Part shown: positions 1 to 12,270 of the stretch, one piece after another
Layout of the letters: each line of letters starts with the position of its first letter
Position numbering within the stretch: position 1 is the first letter of the stretch
NCBI GenBank assembly: GCA_905178155.1
Contig: CAJINV010000003.1
Span: 269,091 to 333,090 of the forward strand
Direction: 5' to 3'
Origin: Amoebophrya sp. A120
Taxonomy: Eukaryota > Protista > Dinoflagellata
DNA: 64,000 nucleotides
The notes under the pieces: generated by a model
Seen by the model: the letters and a program-made list of their open reading frames with translations, nothing else
Database searches by the model: none
Told to the model about the DNA's origin: nothing
Position numbers and translations under genes: made by a program

Positions 1-2040
1 GCCGGGTTCGCGCCCCTTTTTCCCCCATTCATTGCTTGACGGGCAGGAGCGCGGCGCCGAGAAGCCGGAGCGCAAAAGTCTGCGCAGAGCATGCGGATTG
101 GGGTGCCGGGCCGCGTGTCTTTTGGTTCTATCTTCTTTCGTTCTTGATCGGCAGGAGCGCGGTTGCGACTCGAGAGGCCGGAGTGCAAAAGTCTGCGCAC
201 ACCATGCGGATATGGGTGCCAGGTTCGCGCCCCTTTTTCCCCCATTCATTGCTTGACGGGCAGGAGCGCGGGGCCGAGAAGCCGGGGCGCAAAAGTCTGC
301 GCAGAGCATGCGGATGGGGGTGCCGGGCCGCGTCTCTTTTGCTTCTTCTTGCGTTCTTGATCGGCAGCAGCGCGGTGGCGACTCGAGAAGTCGGAGCGCA
401 AAAGTCTGCGCACACCATGCGGATATGGGGGCCGGGTTCGCGCCCCTTTTTCCCCCATTCATTGCCTGACGGGCAGGAGCGCGGCGTCGAGAAGCCGGGG
501 CGCAAAAGTCTGCGCAGAGCATGCGGATTGGGGTGCCGGGCCGCGTCTCTTTCTCTTCTTCTTGCGTTCTTGATCGGCAGGAGTGCGGTGGCGACTCGAG
601 AAGCCGGAGCGCAAAAGCCTGCGCACACCATGCGGATCTGGGCGCCGGGTTCGCGCCCCTGTTTCCCCCGTTCATTGCGTGACGGGCAGGACCGCGGCGC
701 CGGGAAGCCGGGGCGCAAAAGTCTGCGTGGAGCATGCGGATCGGGGTGCCGGGCCGCGTCTCTTTTGCTTCCTCTTGCGTTCTTGATCGGCAGGAGCGCG
801 GTGGCGACTCGAGAAGCCGGAGGGTAAGAGTCTGCGCACACCGTGCGAATTTGGGTGCGTGCTGGGTTCGCGCCCCTTTTTCCCCCGTTCATTGCTTGAC
901 GGGCAGGAGCGCGGCGCCGAGTAGCCGGAGCGCAAAAGCCTGCGCAGAAAATGCGGACTGGGGTGCCGGGCCGTGTCCTCTCTTTTGTTTCTTCTTGCGT
1001 TCTTGATCGGCAGGAGCGCGGTGGCGACTCGAGAAGCCGGAGTGCAAAAGTCTGCGCACAGCATGCGGATATGGTTGCCGGGTTCGCGCCCCTTTTTCCC
1101 CCATTCATTGCTTGACGGGCAGGAGCGCGGCGCCGAGAAGCCGGAGTGCAAAAGTCTGCGCAGAGCATGCGGATTGGGGTGCCGGGTTCGCGTCTCATTT
1201 TCTTCCCGCTGATTGACTGATCGGCCGGGGCGCGCCGGCGGCTCGAGAAGCCGGAACGCAAAAGCCTGCGCACACCGTGCGGATATGGGTGCTGGCCAGG
1301 TTCGTGCCTCTTCTTGTCCCAATTCACGGGCCGGGGCGCGGCGCCGGCAGGCCGGGGCGCAAAAGTCTGCGCGCGCCATGCGGATATGGCCTGCGGCTTC
1401 GCGCCTCTCGCGTTCCCTTTCAAACGAGCGGCAGGAGCGCGGCGCCGAGCAGCTGGGGCACAAAAGTCGGCGCACACCCTGCGGATATGCGTGCCGGGCT
1501 TGTGGTCCTTTTTCTTGCCGCTGACTCCTGACAAGAGCGAGCGCGGCGCCGGGGAGGCGGAGCGCACGCCGCCTTTTGGCTGAGCGCACGCAGCCAAAAG
1601 GCGGCGCACGCCGCGCGGATACGGGTGCCGGGCTCGCGCCCTTTGTTCTTCCAATTCATTGACTCACAGGCCGGGGCGTGGCGCCGGGGGGGCAGCTGGG
1701 CGATGCATGAAAGCCGGCGCACGCCCCACGGACGGGTCTGCGCCTCTTTTCCTCCCGGCGAGCGGACGCAGTGCGGTGCCGAGATGAACGTAGCCGGAGC
1801 ACAAAAGTCGGCGCGCGCCGTGCGGAGACAGGAGCCGGGGTCGCGCCCCTTTATTTTCTCCTCATGCATTGACTGGCTGGGGCGCGGCGCCGAGCAGTTG
1901 GAGCATGAAGAGAGCAAAAGCCGGCGCATGGCGTGGCGATATGGGTGCAGGCTGGCGCCCTTTTTTCTTTCCAATCAGTGGCAGTAGCGCGGCGCCGAGC
2001 GGCACGAGCTGGCGCATTGTTTGTCGCGCTCACACCATGC
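1..2040. repeat. GC-rich tandem satellite, ~215-bp unit built from two related ~105-110-bp subunits, decaying rightward
   Basis: GCC(G/A)GGTTCGCGCCCC recurs at ~1, 218, 431, 644, ~861 and 1077. The core GGCAGGAGCGCGG...GAGAAGCCGGAGCGCAAAAGTCTGCGCA...ATGCGGA recurs twice per unit. Copies after ~1200 are progressively diverged. The array runs off the window start. Confidence 0.93.
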
Positions 2041-2314
2041 GAGGCATGTCTAAAGACGCGCCGGAATTGCAGCCCCAAGCGAGTGAACGTAATCTGGAAA
2101 GCTCAAGCTAGTAAGCATGTAAACCGCCAACTGATGTTCTGACGCGATCGCGATTCTTTCGACATAATTTAGTGGAGAGCAAACAGATGATGGAGCGAGT
2201 AGCTCGCCGCCTTTCGCAGATGTTTCACAAAGAACCAGTCGAAAATAAAACTTCTTCGCAAGATACTGATGCTTCGATTTGATATTCATTCGTGACCCCT
2301 CATATCCTGCAAAA

Positions 2315-4605
2315 ATGTCGAGCGTGTCGTTCGCAGGGCGTTCTTTTGTTTTTTGCCTAATTCTTGCCACGTGGCTGCGTGTGATTCCGGATCTAGTGCG
2401 TTTTCGGCGGAGCAATCTAGCAGGGAAGAACCTTCGCGTGAGCAGGGGAGCCGCGACCGCTAATCGGGAAAGAACGGTAAGCGGTGCCCTCGCTTCTCAG
2501 CAGAGATTCGCGTCCCCTCCACGACCATTAACTTCTTCCGAGGCTCTGTCTCAGGCCAAGACGGTGCGAAACAACATCCGGAAGTACCTGGCGCGACAGC
2601 AGCTGAACCAGTGCCACATCCCGGCAGTGTGCCAAGATCGCGAGACACTGATTTCCGAAACGCCGGACGGACGCAGATGGCTTCGCACGGACCCGACTGT
2701 CTGCTCCATTATCGTTGGCGAGGTCAAGTGCAAAAGCAGCAATCAGCACGCAAGACTCCTGTCCCCGCGAAAGCCTCCGTGCTCCTGTCACGCGGGCCGG
2801 CCGTTCTGGGGGCTCCCCGCTACGATTCAAGCCAAACCCGACTTGGCCACCTGTGCAGCGGATGCGGAGGTGCTGTTTCCGACATTGAATGCGCAGCAAT
2901 CTGCCCCTGCTGTGCCGCCTACTAGCAGCAGTACTACCGCTAGCGGCGCCACTACACCCGCGAATAAAGCGGCCGCTCGAACATTTACTGACGAGAACCA
3001 GAAGCAGCAACGGCAGGCAGACCTGGTTCGCTGGTTCGGCGAAGCGAAAGATGACCAGCAATCCTGCGGGTCCTGCTCCTCGTGCACCTGCGAATTTGAT
3101 CCCGTGCCGGCGTCTGGTATTTTCGCCTACTTCAACTTCGTGAAACGCCGCGTGTTCGACAACTTATACGGAAGTGTCACGACGACAGTCACCGCTTTGG
3201 TTTGTGTAGATAGACGTACTACTAGACTGGTGCGTGGTGATGTGAGGGGCTCCTCTTCATCACGTTTGACTTGTTCAATGTTTTTTCCAGGGTGGGATTG
3301 GGAATATGATACATCTGCGGGTTATTCAAGATTGATAGTACCGAGCGCCACCACCAGCACTAGCACGTCGCTGATATGCATTTGACCCGTATCTAATATG
3401 ACTGTATTTCCAGCTCTGTCGATCGGACTTTTTTACGCAATCGTCTTACGACTTGCTGTGGTTTGTCGCTCCCCACCTCCTTTCATAGCCTTTACAAGAA
3501 GTACCTCTTCCAGAAGTCCTCTGCGCCCCCTCAGCCGGGAGCTGTTGCGACGGAAACAAGAAAAATCTTCCCGGGCCCCAAGACCACGATTTCCGGTGTG
3601 CCCTCGGACGGGCGGATCCGGGTTTTGGCTATCGGCCTCGGCGTTGGTTGGATCCAGCAGACGTTGACGCGCCTGCACCCCGCGTTTGACATCCTCACGG
3701 TGGAGCTGGACGCACACATGCTGCAGACCGCCAAAAGTTTTTTCGGCCTCGGGCGGACGATGGAGCTCGGCTGGAAAACCGACGCGGACTTTGACCGAAT
3801 CAAGAAAGAATTCGAAGAACAGGGGGCGCCGCAAGAACTGACCCAGTATGTCGGACGCAATCGTGTAGTGGTGTCCGACGGCCTCGCATTCCTGGAAAAG
3901 GAAGCGCGCCGGCTCCTCCTCGGCGAGGGAGACAGATTATCTCCTGGAATGACAAGCAAGGCAGCCTCCAAAGAAAACGACCGTGTTTTGACATCAAGTG
4001 CAGTCACAAGAGACGAGACGGAGACCGCAAGAACAGCCGCAACTACTGCGAATCTTCACGCCTCCGTCCGAGGATCATTGATGTACACCACGAAAAATGC
4101 CACGGCACATCATGTCAACAAGTACGACTTGGTGATCGTCGACTGCTTTGATCCGCTGGGCCACGTGCCTTCCCCGAGCTGCGTGTCCGACCGCTTCACT
4201 ACAGCGGTTTACAACGTGTTGAAACCGAAGGGAGTGATGCTGCAAAACACGCTGAACACGATGCCGCCGCGCAAGGCGGTGGAAAAATTGAAAAAAAGAT
4301 TCCAGAAGGTCACGACGGAGATAATCCCCTCGTGTCCGAACGTGTTAGTGAGGGCGGAGAAAGTTGTGGACGTCGTGAATCATGGAGGACAAAGAAATCT
4401 TGATGCTGCCGGGAGGCCCTATTCTTCCGCTGCAGCTGTTGGCCAGGAAAACAAGAGTCAGAAGGAAAAGAACGGAAGAGATTCTGGCACTACCGCGAAT
4501 AGATCTGATGTAGGTGGTAATGCTAGCGGGGATGGAAAAACAGACCCTCACATTGCGCATAGATCAACATATTCGCAACCGCATCAAGACGCCCATGAAT
4601 ATTGA
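2315..4605 (+). CDS. Class I SAM-dependent methyltransferase, spermidine-synthase-like, with N-terminal hydrophobic segment (multi-exon)
   Basis: Motifs RVLAIGLGVG, TVELDAHM, VVSDGLAFL, KYDLVIVDCFD and VLKPKGVM in ORF 3463-4605. It joins ORF 2279 via a probable GT-AG intron at 3174-3290 and a 92-nt non-canonical interruption at ~3310-3401. Confidence 0.7.
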
Positions 4606-5542
4606 ATTTTCTCAGAATATCGATCTGCATCTGCTACGGGTTTGCGCTTGCGCGTCTACGCGCAGGCCCACTCTGTGTTCCGTCCATATCACTGCTTTTA
4701 TTCAACACAACTCATATTAACCAGCAACAAGGAGCGCGTATGCGCAAGGATCAGAACACACACACACCTCGCGTGCAGAAGCAAGAGCAACAAGCGTCAT
4801 GGTCATTAAAGTTTTTTACATCTCCTTCCTACAGTGACGAAATATAAATAAGTTCATCTTCATTCAAACGCAACACAAAAAGCTTTCCGTTGTTCCCTCT
4901 AGCTCAATAGTGCGAAGAGGCACCGAATCCGTTGGTTTTTTAACAAGGAGCTTTTGCCACCAGCACCATCAATGATGACGATCCAAGCTCCATTCGAAAT
5001 TTTTCAGCGACATCGACACTTTGATTTTTGACGGGCACATAGACATACTTTTACATACTTGTCGATATAGCCTCATAGGAAATTAAAAAACTCATTATAC
5101 TGAACAAACCTGGACATATTAAGCACATTTACTAGAATTTGGTCTTGCCTTCACATGCGAATTATTAGGTCTCTTACTCTTTGTTGAGCCAAAAAACAAA
5201 AAGTTCCTTTTTCATCATCTTTTGCCTTCTACTTGTTGCGCTACAGTGCGCCGCGGCAAGTAGCCCAGCATGCTTCACCCTCACAGCCACAGGTTGTGCC
5301 TCTTCGTGACATTGATTCACATATAATATTTTTTCACGTCGAAAATTCGCTGTACATGGACATGGTGCTGCTGATCAAGATCCACACACTACTTGTCGTC
5401 CATTCGGAGGTATCACATTGGCCCCGTCCGTAGTACAATTAGCCCATGTAATTATAATGTGTTTTCTCAAATGAGCGTAAGGGTATAGCAACGACTTACA
5501 AACAATCACTGACCTCCCTCTAGAAAAAGTCAACGGAACAAG

Positions 5543-8500
5543 ATGCCCCGAGGAGGAGCAAAAAAGAACAGCAGCCAGCCCGCGTCAACAGCTGCTGCAA
5601 AAGGAAGCAAGAAAAAAAGCAGTGTGCGGAAGGACAGCGACAAAGCCAGTAAAAATGCTGGCAACAAGGCGGCGAAAAATAAAACGATGAAAAGCGGCGC
5701 CGGCGCGAAGAAGGAGAAGCAGGCAGCAGCTGCAACTACTGCCGTTGCACCTCCACCAGCAGCTCCAAAGAAAACCTCTGGTCTGCGGGAAAAGCGGCTG
5801 AAGGTCGAAAAGTCGTTCTACGTAATCAACAATGCGGCAAATAAAGGAGCGTCGTCGTCGTCGACCAAGGGCAAAAAAACGAGAATCAATTCGACCGGAG
5901 GTACGGTCGGAGCCGGGTCCTCGTCGAGCAGTAGTTCTGCTGCGGCACCGAAGGAGCCTTTACATTCGTCCGCGAAGAAGTCGAAAGCAAAGGTCGCACA
6001 GGGCAAAGCGGAAGAGTCGAGAAGCAATGGTAGTTCCTCTTCGTCATCGTCTTCATCTGCCGCGCTCGTCAAGAAAAGTAGCAATGCTGGTGCCGAGCAA
6101 AGCTCAGGAACAACCTCGGTCGGAACGCGAAATAACAAGCTCGCAGGTCGACCAGGCGGCAGTAGTACCAAGAACTTCTCGGCGTCAAAAAATAAATCCG
6201 CGGCAAAGATCAACTCGGCGACAAAGAAATCCGGTGAGAAAAAAAAACACGTGAAGATAACCTCAAAGGTGGACGCAAAGCCAGCAGTCGCCGCGGAGAA
6301 AATGGTGGCGGGCGAGGCGGCAGATGAGAAGCGGCAGAACAGTAGGAAATCGAGTAGTAAAACGAACAAGAGTACAACATGTACAACAAGCAAAAGCTGC
6401 AGGACCGATACCAAAGACACGAAAAGAAATGATACGTTTGAAAAAAAACCTGGAAAAATGAGCTTTTCGGCTGCGCAGGTGGTCTCTCATGTTGTTCCAT
6501 CGGCGAGCTCTAGTTCTTCTAAGGCGGTGCAGCAGGAACTGCACAAAGGCACCACTGTGCAAGCTGTAGCAGAAGTCGGAGTAGAACAAGAGGACGCTGT
6601 TCCAGCGAAGAAGACGAAGCGTGGCCCCGGTCGGCCGCCCGGGGCCAAAACGATGAAGGCTGTTGCTCAAGCGACGTCTGATCTCGATCCACAAGAGGAC
6701 AACGCGACCGCAAATGTCTACCCCAGCGAAAAGAATCCACTCGCGGGAGCGCAGCACCAGGATAAGGATAGAGCGAAACAAGGTCGTGTTGAAGGAGCAT
6801 CCAGTTCGTCGGCCTGCTCGTCTTCCGGCATGAAGAACCAAACGACAACTACCCAGAAAGCCCCAACATCAGGAGGTATTTGTTGGTTGCTGTATTCTGA
6901 TTTCCATTTATTTTCCGACATGATGTTGAAGATGCTGATGCATTGACGCTCCTCGGCCCGCCGGAAAAGGGCTCCTTGCTCAATAAACCCTGTAGAGACA
7001 GCACATTCAATTTTAATGCCAATAGTCATGTACACCCATCATGTTCTCTTCAGGTGCAGCAGAAGCGCCGGCATTAGCACCAACGAAGGATGTGGCGACA
7101 GACGGCAAGGGAAATCAAGAGGCGAGTCGTAAAAATGTGGACCACGCGACGTCCTACGTGAAAGAGAATCATCTTCCGAAAGTACCTGTACCAGAGGCTA
7201 AACTGCAATCCCCCTCCCAGGATGACGAGAAGGAAGTGCAGCAGGCCCTGGACGCGAAGGCGGCAAAAGCAATGAAAGTCAAGAAAAAGAAAAAGAGTCC
7301 GAAGGCCGCTGCAGCCGCTCCCGGACCGGCGCAGCGTGACACGGCTCCGTTCGCGTCTTCGCTTGGGTTGGTCAACGAAAGCGATTTGAACAAGACCGCG
7401 AAGAATGCAGTAAAACCGCCAGCCGATGTGATAAAAATAGACGCAGCTCCAGATCTTGCCGTTGCGGCGCCGTCTACCGCACAAAATGAAAAACCAGCAA
7501 CGTCAGTTGTGCTCACAGGATCCAAAGAAGCGGTAAAAACAACAGCCGTGCCGCGCGAGTCCTCGCGCTCCCTCACCGCGTTGAAGGTGACGGGAAAACT
7601 TCGGAAGCGGGAGTTTGTTTTGCAGGCGGCCTCTACCACCAACCTGCATATTTTTCCCACCGCGCCAACCGCTGCGGAAAGTGCTGCTGCGGCGGCCGCA
7701 GAGTTGCGGCGGAGGAAGCTGCGCAAACGGAACAAGCGCAGACGGGAACGGCAGGAGGCGGAAGAGCTCCGTGAGAAGCGACCCAGGAACGACTTCTGCG
7801 ACGAGAACCTCTCCCAAGCAGACGCGCACACGGAGCGCGACTGGTCCAGCAGCCCCAGCGAGAACGGCGACCACGACGAGGCGGGGCACGATGAAGACGA
7901 CCCCCTTCGCGCTGAAGATGACTCGGAGGACGAGGAGGACGGGAGTAGCAGCGGCAGCAACAATGGTTTTGGTTCCAGCGGAGACGACGAGGAGGATTCA
8001 CAAGACGGGGCCAACGCGAAGCAATCCCCAGAGCAAATGTACGGGGATCTCTTTTCCGACGACGACGGGGGCCTGCTGGATAATTCTAACATGACGCCGC
8101 GTATCAAATGTAAAAATGTCTGGGTCTGGAAGAATGCAAGATTTGTGATGCAGGTTTTCCATGACCCATGAGGTCTGAAATGCGAGACCCAGCATGACAG
8201 ATTCTTTGAGGTTTCTATCACGCCTTTCCTGCATGAGAAACTCCCTCTCAACTAGGTCAAAAGCGGACAGCTTTTGGCACTCACGCAACACAGATTTTTG
8301 CATCATTTAGATTTGGCATGACAAGTTGCATTGTTCCAGACCCAGACATTTTTACATTTGATACCGCGCGGGGTGGGGAACCGCGGCAAAAAGGCCAACC
8401 AGAAGGCGGCGAACCTGTTCGAGGAACTGAATCGTAGTGAACAACTCGATAATTCTATCCTGAGTAAAAACGTACCCACACCAGAGTCAGGATGAAGATT

Positions 8501-9724
8501 TTGCAACACAAACCTAGGAGTTTTGTGAGTCACGCATGACAAGTTGCGCTATGCAGTGTAGTGCAGGTTAGCAAGTGCAGCCGCATCACAGATTCATCTG
8601 CTCATCCTGTTCACAGCATCACAAATTCCAAAACACGATTGGAAATGGCTCTCACGGGGATGCGCATTACAAGTCTTCCTGTCTTTGCAAATCTGCATTA
8701 CAACTCTGGTGTGGATACGTTTTTACTCAGGATAAATTCCTCCGGGAAACGCAAACTCATGTCCAGCACGCACTCGAGCCGGAGCAGCGTTTTCGTCGTT
8801 AAGGACCGCGACTCCGCCCGCAGCGTGGTGAAGGTGGTGCGCGATCATCCGCATCTGCCTTCGTTCAAAATTCTCTCCGACGGCTCCGTGGAGCTGGAAC
8901 AAACGATCGCCGGCGGAGAATCTTCAACATTTTTATCCGAGAACCGTAAAGGACCAGCCGGAGTAGAACCAAGTGTAAGCGACGAACGACCAGAAATTAA
9001 TCAGAATATGAAAAGCGGTCAGGTAGTACAAGGATTACACCAGGCGTCCAAGTCGTCTTCCAGCTCCTCTTCCTCCAACTCGGCTTCCGCAACAGCAGCT
9101 GCGCCGGAGGGGACATTTCCATCTGAGCGACGAGAAAGAACTACACAGCAGGACGCTTCCGGAGCAGGAGCTACTTCCGGAGCTACTACTGCATTTGCCG
9201 CGCCGTTTGCCGCCGGCACAGGAGCACTAGATCAGCCGATGATGTTCACGGTTTCCCTCCAGTACCTGAACACGCACGATGGCACCGACCACGAAGACTG
9301 CCTTGGTGTGTACAGTTCGCGGCAGCAGGCGAACTTCGCCATGGTGAAATTTCTGGACAACTGGAGCTTTGAGCCGGAGTTCCAGGAGAAGAGAAAACAC
9401 ATGCTGAACAACACCTACCCGATCCGGGGCTTCACCTCATCTTCTCTTGCAGGTGGCAAGACAAACGGCGCCACGTCAAGTAGTAGTTCTTCCACGTCCA
9501 CCAAAGGCGGCGATCATAACGCGGAACTGTCTGCCGCCTCCGGTACGGCCTGCTACGACCAGGAGGAGGAAGCAAAACCAGCTTCCGATGAGGATCAAGA
9601 CCGGGAACGGGCCGTGTCGGGGTGCTACGAGCTGGTGTTGAACGAACACGGACGATTATTCCATGGCGAGGAAATTCGGCTATTTGTCGACAAATTCGAA
9701 GTAAACGCCGACATCCGGTACTGA
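5543..9724 (+). CDS. Large K/S/A-rich low-complexity hypothetical protein, 4 exons
   Basis: ORFs 5543, 7041 and 8561 join in frame through a GT-AG intron (6876-7053) and introners 8102-8363 and 8456-8734. The junction reads NMTPR|GVGNRGKKANQKAANLFEELNRSEQLDNS|SGKRK. Confidence 0.75.
8102..8363. mobile_element. Introner/MITE-like non-canonical intron, family F1 (262 bp)
   Basis: Perfect 30-bp TIR TATCAAATGTAAAAATGTCTGGGTCTGGAA. Direct repeat CCGCG at 8097-8101 and 8364-8368. Removal restores the frame. Confidence 0.92.
8456..8734. mobile_element. Introner, family F2 (279 bp)
   Basis: TIR TATCCTGAGTAAAAACGTA(C/T)CCACACCAGAGT. Direct repeat AATTC at 8451-8455 and 8735-8739. The interior is homologous to the reverse complement of 25149-25436. 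Confidence 0.92.
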
Positions 9725-11123
9725 GACTGAATATGATGCTGCAGCTTCAGTGGTCCCTGCTGATGCTCCAGTGCTCATACCACTTTTGGATAGAAGACGA
9801 GGAGGACGAAACAATGTTTGTAGTGATGCAACAAGAAGCAGTTCGTCTTCGTTGTACGCTACATTTGGTTCTCACAACGAAGTATTTCTGATTATAGGAG
9901 GATGTGAAACTTGTCGCACGTTCTGTGCGCACTTCATCATGATCCTCCTGTTTTTTTTACCAGCGACTTCAATTAAACTCACAAGGGCAAATGGCTACAT
10001 TCAGCTTAAGCCGCGCCGCAGCACATCGAGTGCTGTGGATGATTGACATACGTTTATTCATTGTCACGAAGAGATTCAAGTTCAACCAACCGAGGAAGGA
10101 CTTTTGCTCCTAAAAAGCATTTTCCTGGGATTTAGCGACCTGTATTTTATCGACACAGATCTCTTCGCGAACACTCCGTGCTCGTGTCGATTATTTTGGG
10201 CCTCTAGAAAAATGAAAATCAAAATCTAACTTTCTTCATGAGACGAGTTTATCTCCATGAATGGCATATCTTGCGACAAATGAAAGCAGAAAAAAGCCAT
10301 GAATATTTGTGTGGTGCGTCACACAGAGGCGGATTTCGGGAATCTACTTTCTTTATATGGATGGAATTCGAGAATCTGCCATGTCTCGTGTTCACCAAAT
10401 GTTTCGTGTGGGCCGGTCGCTCGCTCTCGTGTCGTCGTCGAAAACAGATTGACAGCTCGTAGGACAAAACTTGAAGATCGACTCGTACCTCCTCGAACCA
10501 CTGCTACCACTAGTGCTAGTCGACATCAATAGGGCGTATCTCGGTTGACAAACCAAAATCTCAATTACGCGCGTTTGGGGCGTAGTTGGGATTCTGGTAG
10601 ACTCCTCATTTTGAGTAGAAGTCTCGCGCAGCGCGCGAATACTGTACACTGTAAACCATTCGTCTCAACGTTTTGACGAAAGAACGCCCGAGCGTTGACC
10701 CCGACGTCTCAACTTCAGCACCGTGTGGGTTGAGTGCTTAGGGTCTAGGTTTTGGGGTTGGCGGGCAGCGGCTGCCCCGGCATAGGCTCGCCACTCCTGG
10801 GCTTTCCTCGACGCATGGGCTTGATATTGAAGTTTGAAGCTGAAACTTGATGACTTCTGCCTGTTGTTTACTACGTCATTGCGCCCCTGCTACAAGGATA
10901 ATTCACCGAGAGCATTGAGATCATGAGTTTGTTAGAGTTTCTTGTGTTGGAGTGGAGTGTAGACGAGCAGAAGATATTCATAGACTATGAGCAACAAACT
11001 TTGGCATTGTTACCCCGTGAAGTAGCAATTGACATTGTGTGCTATTTTTCAAACTTTTCGTTCCATTCCGAACCGTAGGGCAGCTGCTTGTGTACTTACC
11101 ACGCTCCATTCTATCGTACCAAA

Positions 11124-11640
11124 ATGACGCAGATGACGAAGCGGACCTGCTTGTTTGTGGCAGGGGAGGGGGCGATCGCCTTGGTGAAGGCGATTGATCC
11201 CTCCAGCGTGGCGGGCACCACGGAGGTGGAAACCCTGGCGAACGGGGACTCCAAGTCCGGCAGTTTGCGCGGCTCCCAATCCGCTGACGGCTCCGCTCCG
11301 ATGGGAAATAACGAAGCCGGCAGGACGGCGAGCGCGTTCATGCAGCCGGAGATGGACCAGCGCTGGTTGTTTCTTTTGTGCCCCACGTACGCGCGCTTTT
11401 CACACTCCTCCGTGTTATTGCAAACCGGGCAACTATGAAGAACAGACCAAGGCGACATGTGTTAAGCCACACGGTGAGGGCGTTTGCTGGGCCAGTTTGT
11501 GGACGGAGGGCCCTGAGACCAACCACGGCGTGGCGTGCGGGTGGTATCGCAGTTTGGAGGCCGTGCCAAAGCCACCGGCCAAGCCAGAGCCAGCGCCAAA
11601 GAAAAGGTGGCCGTGCGCGTGGCCCTTCCGTTGCAGGTGA
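11124..11640 (+). CDS. Possible small Cys-rich protein split across two overlapping frames (frameshifted gene/pseudogene or unresolved intron)
   Basis: GC-rich coding-like island. ORF 11088 (MTQMTKRTCLFVAG...) overlaps ORF 11194, whose C-terminus is Cys/Trp-rich (CYCKPG...CVKPHGEGVCW...CGWY). No convincing splice sites found. Confidence 0.3.
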
Positions 11641-12270
11641 TTGGGTAAGAGGCAACGCCAACGCCAGGACGCTCCTGCTGTGGTGTCAACTCCACGGCGG
11701 TTTGTAGCTAAAGTCCTGTGATGAATGTTTTTTATCAGCGGACTCTTGCGCTGGGTCAATGTTCGTAGGTACGCTACGCGACTTCTGTGAGTTGTCCAGC
11801 GATTTCTACAGCGCGCAGCTGCTGGCGGTGGCTGCGCATCAACCGCATGCCTTGTGGGTTTCTTGCGACGGGGAGTCTGTTGCTCATGAGGGCAGACGCG
11901 TCTGACAGAGCTGCTCGGAGTGAACAAAGAGATGGGTCTAGTCGACATCAATATCGCGCATCATGGCATACAGAGGCGATGTAGTCCAAAGTAGTAGCAC
12001 AAGAGCTGCGAAAATCATCGTGGAGCCACGCCTATTTTCGACGAGCTAAAGCTTGTTTCTATTCGAGCCAAATTGTCTTGTCGCACTTAAGTAGATTCAT
12101 TAATCGCCATAAAAGTGTTGAAACGCTTTCGCTTCTGTTGCTTAGCTTCGCTTGAGATCGTAGGTCCTTGCATCGTAGTAAGAAAATATTATGAGTATGC
12201 GAACCGATGAGAAACCAAAAGGACAAAAGTTCGTCTGCGCCTCAGCCCGCAGACTGTCGATAGTTTTAAG

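Noticed and set aside
1-1260. CRISPR-like regular repeats
   Set aside because: The whole unit repeats with no unique spacers, there are no cas genes, and the context is eukaryotic.
32-2142. Long ORFs on both strands in the left-hand repeat (for example 128-1654, 508 aa)
   Set aside because: They are by-products of a stop-poor GC-rich satellite. Frames shift between units and several frames are open at once.
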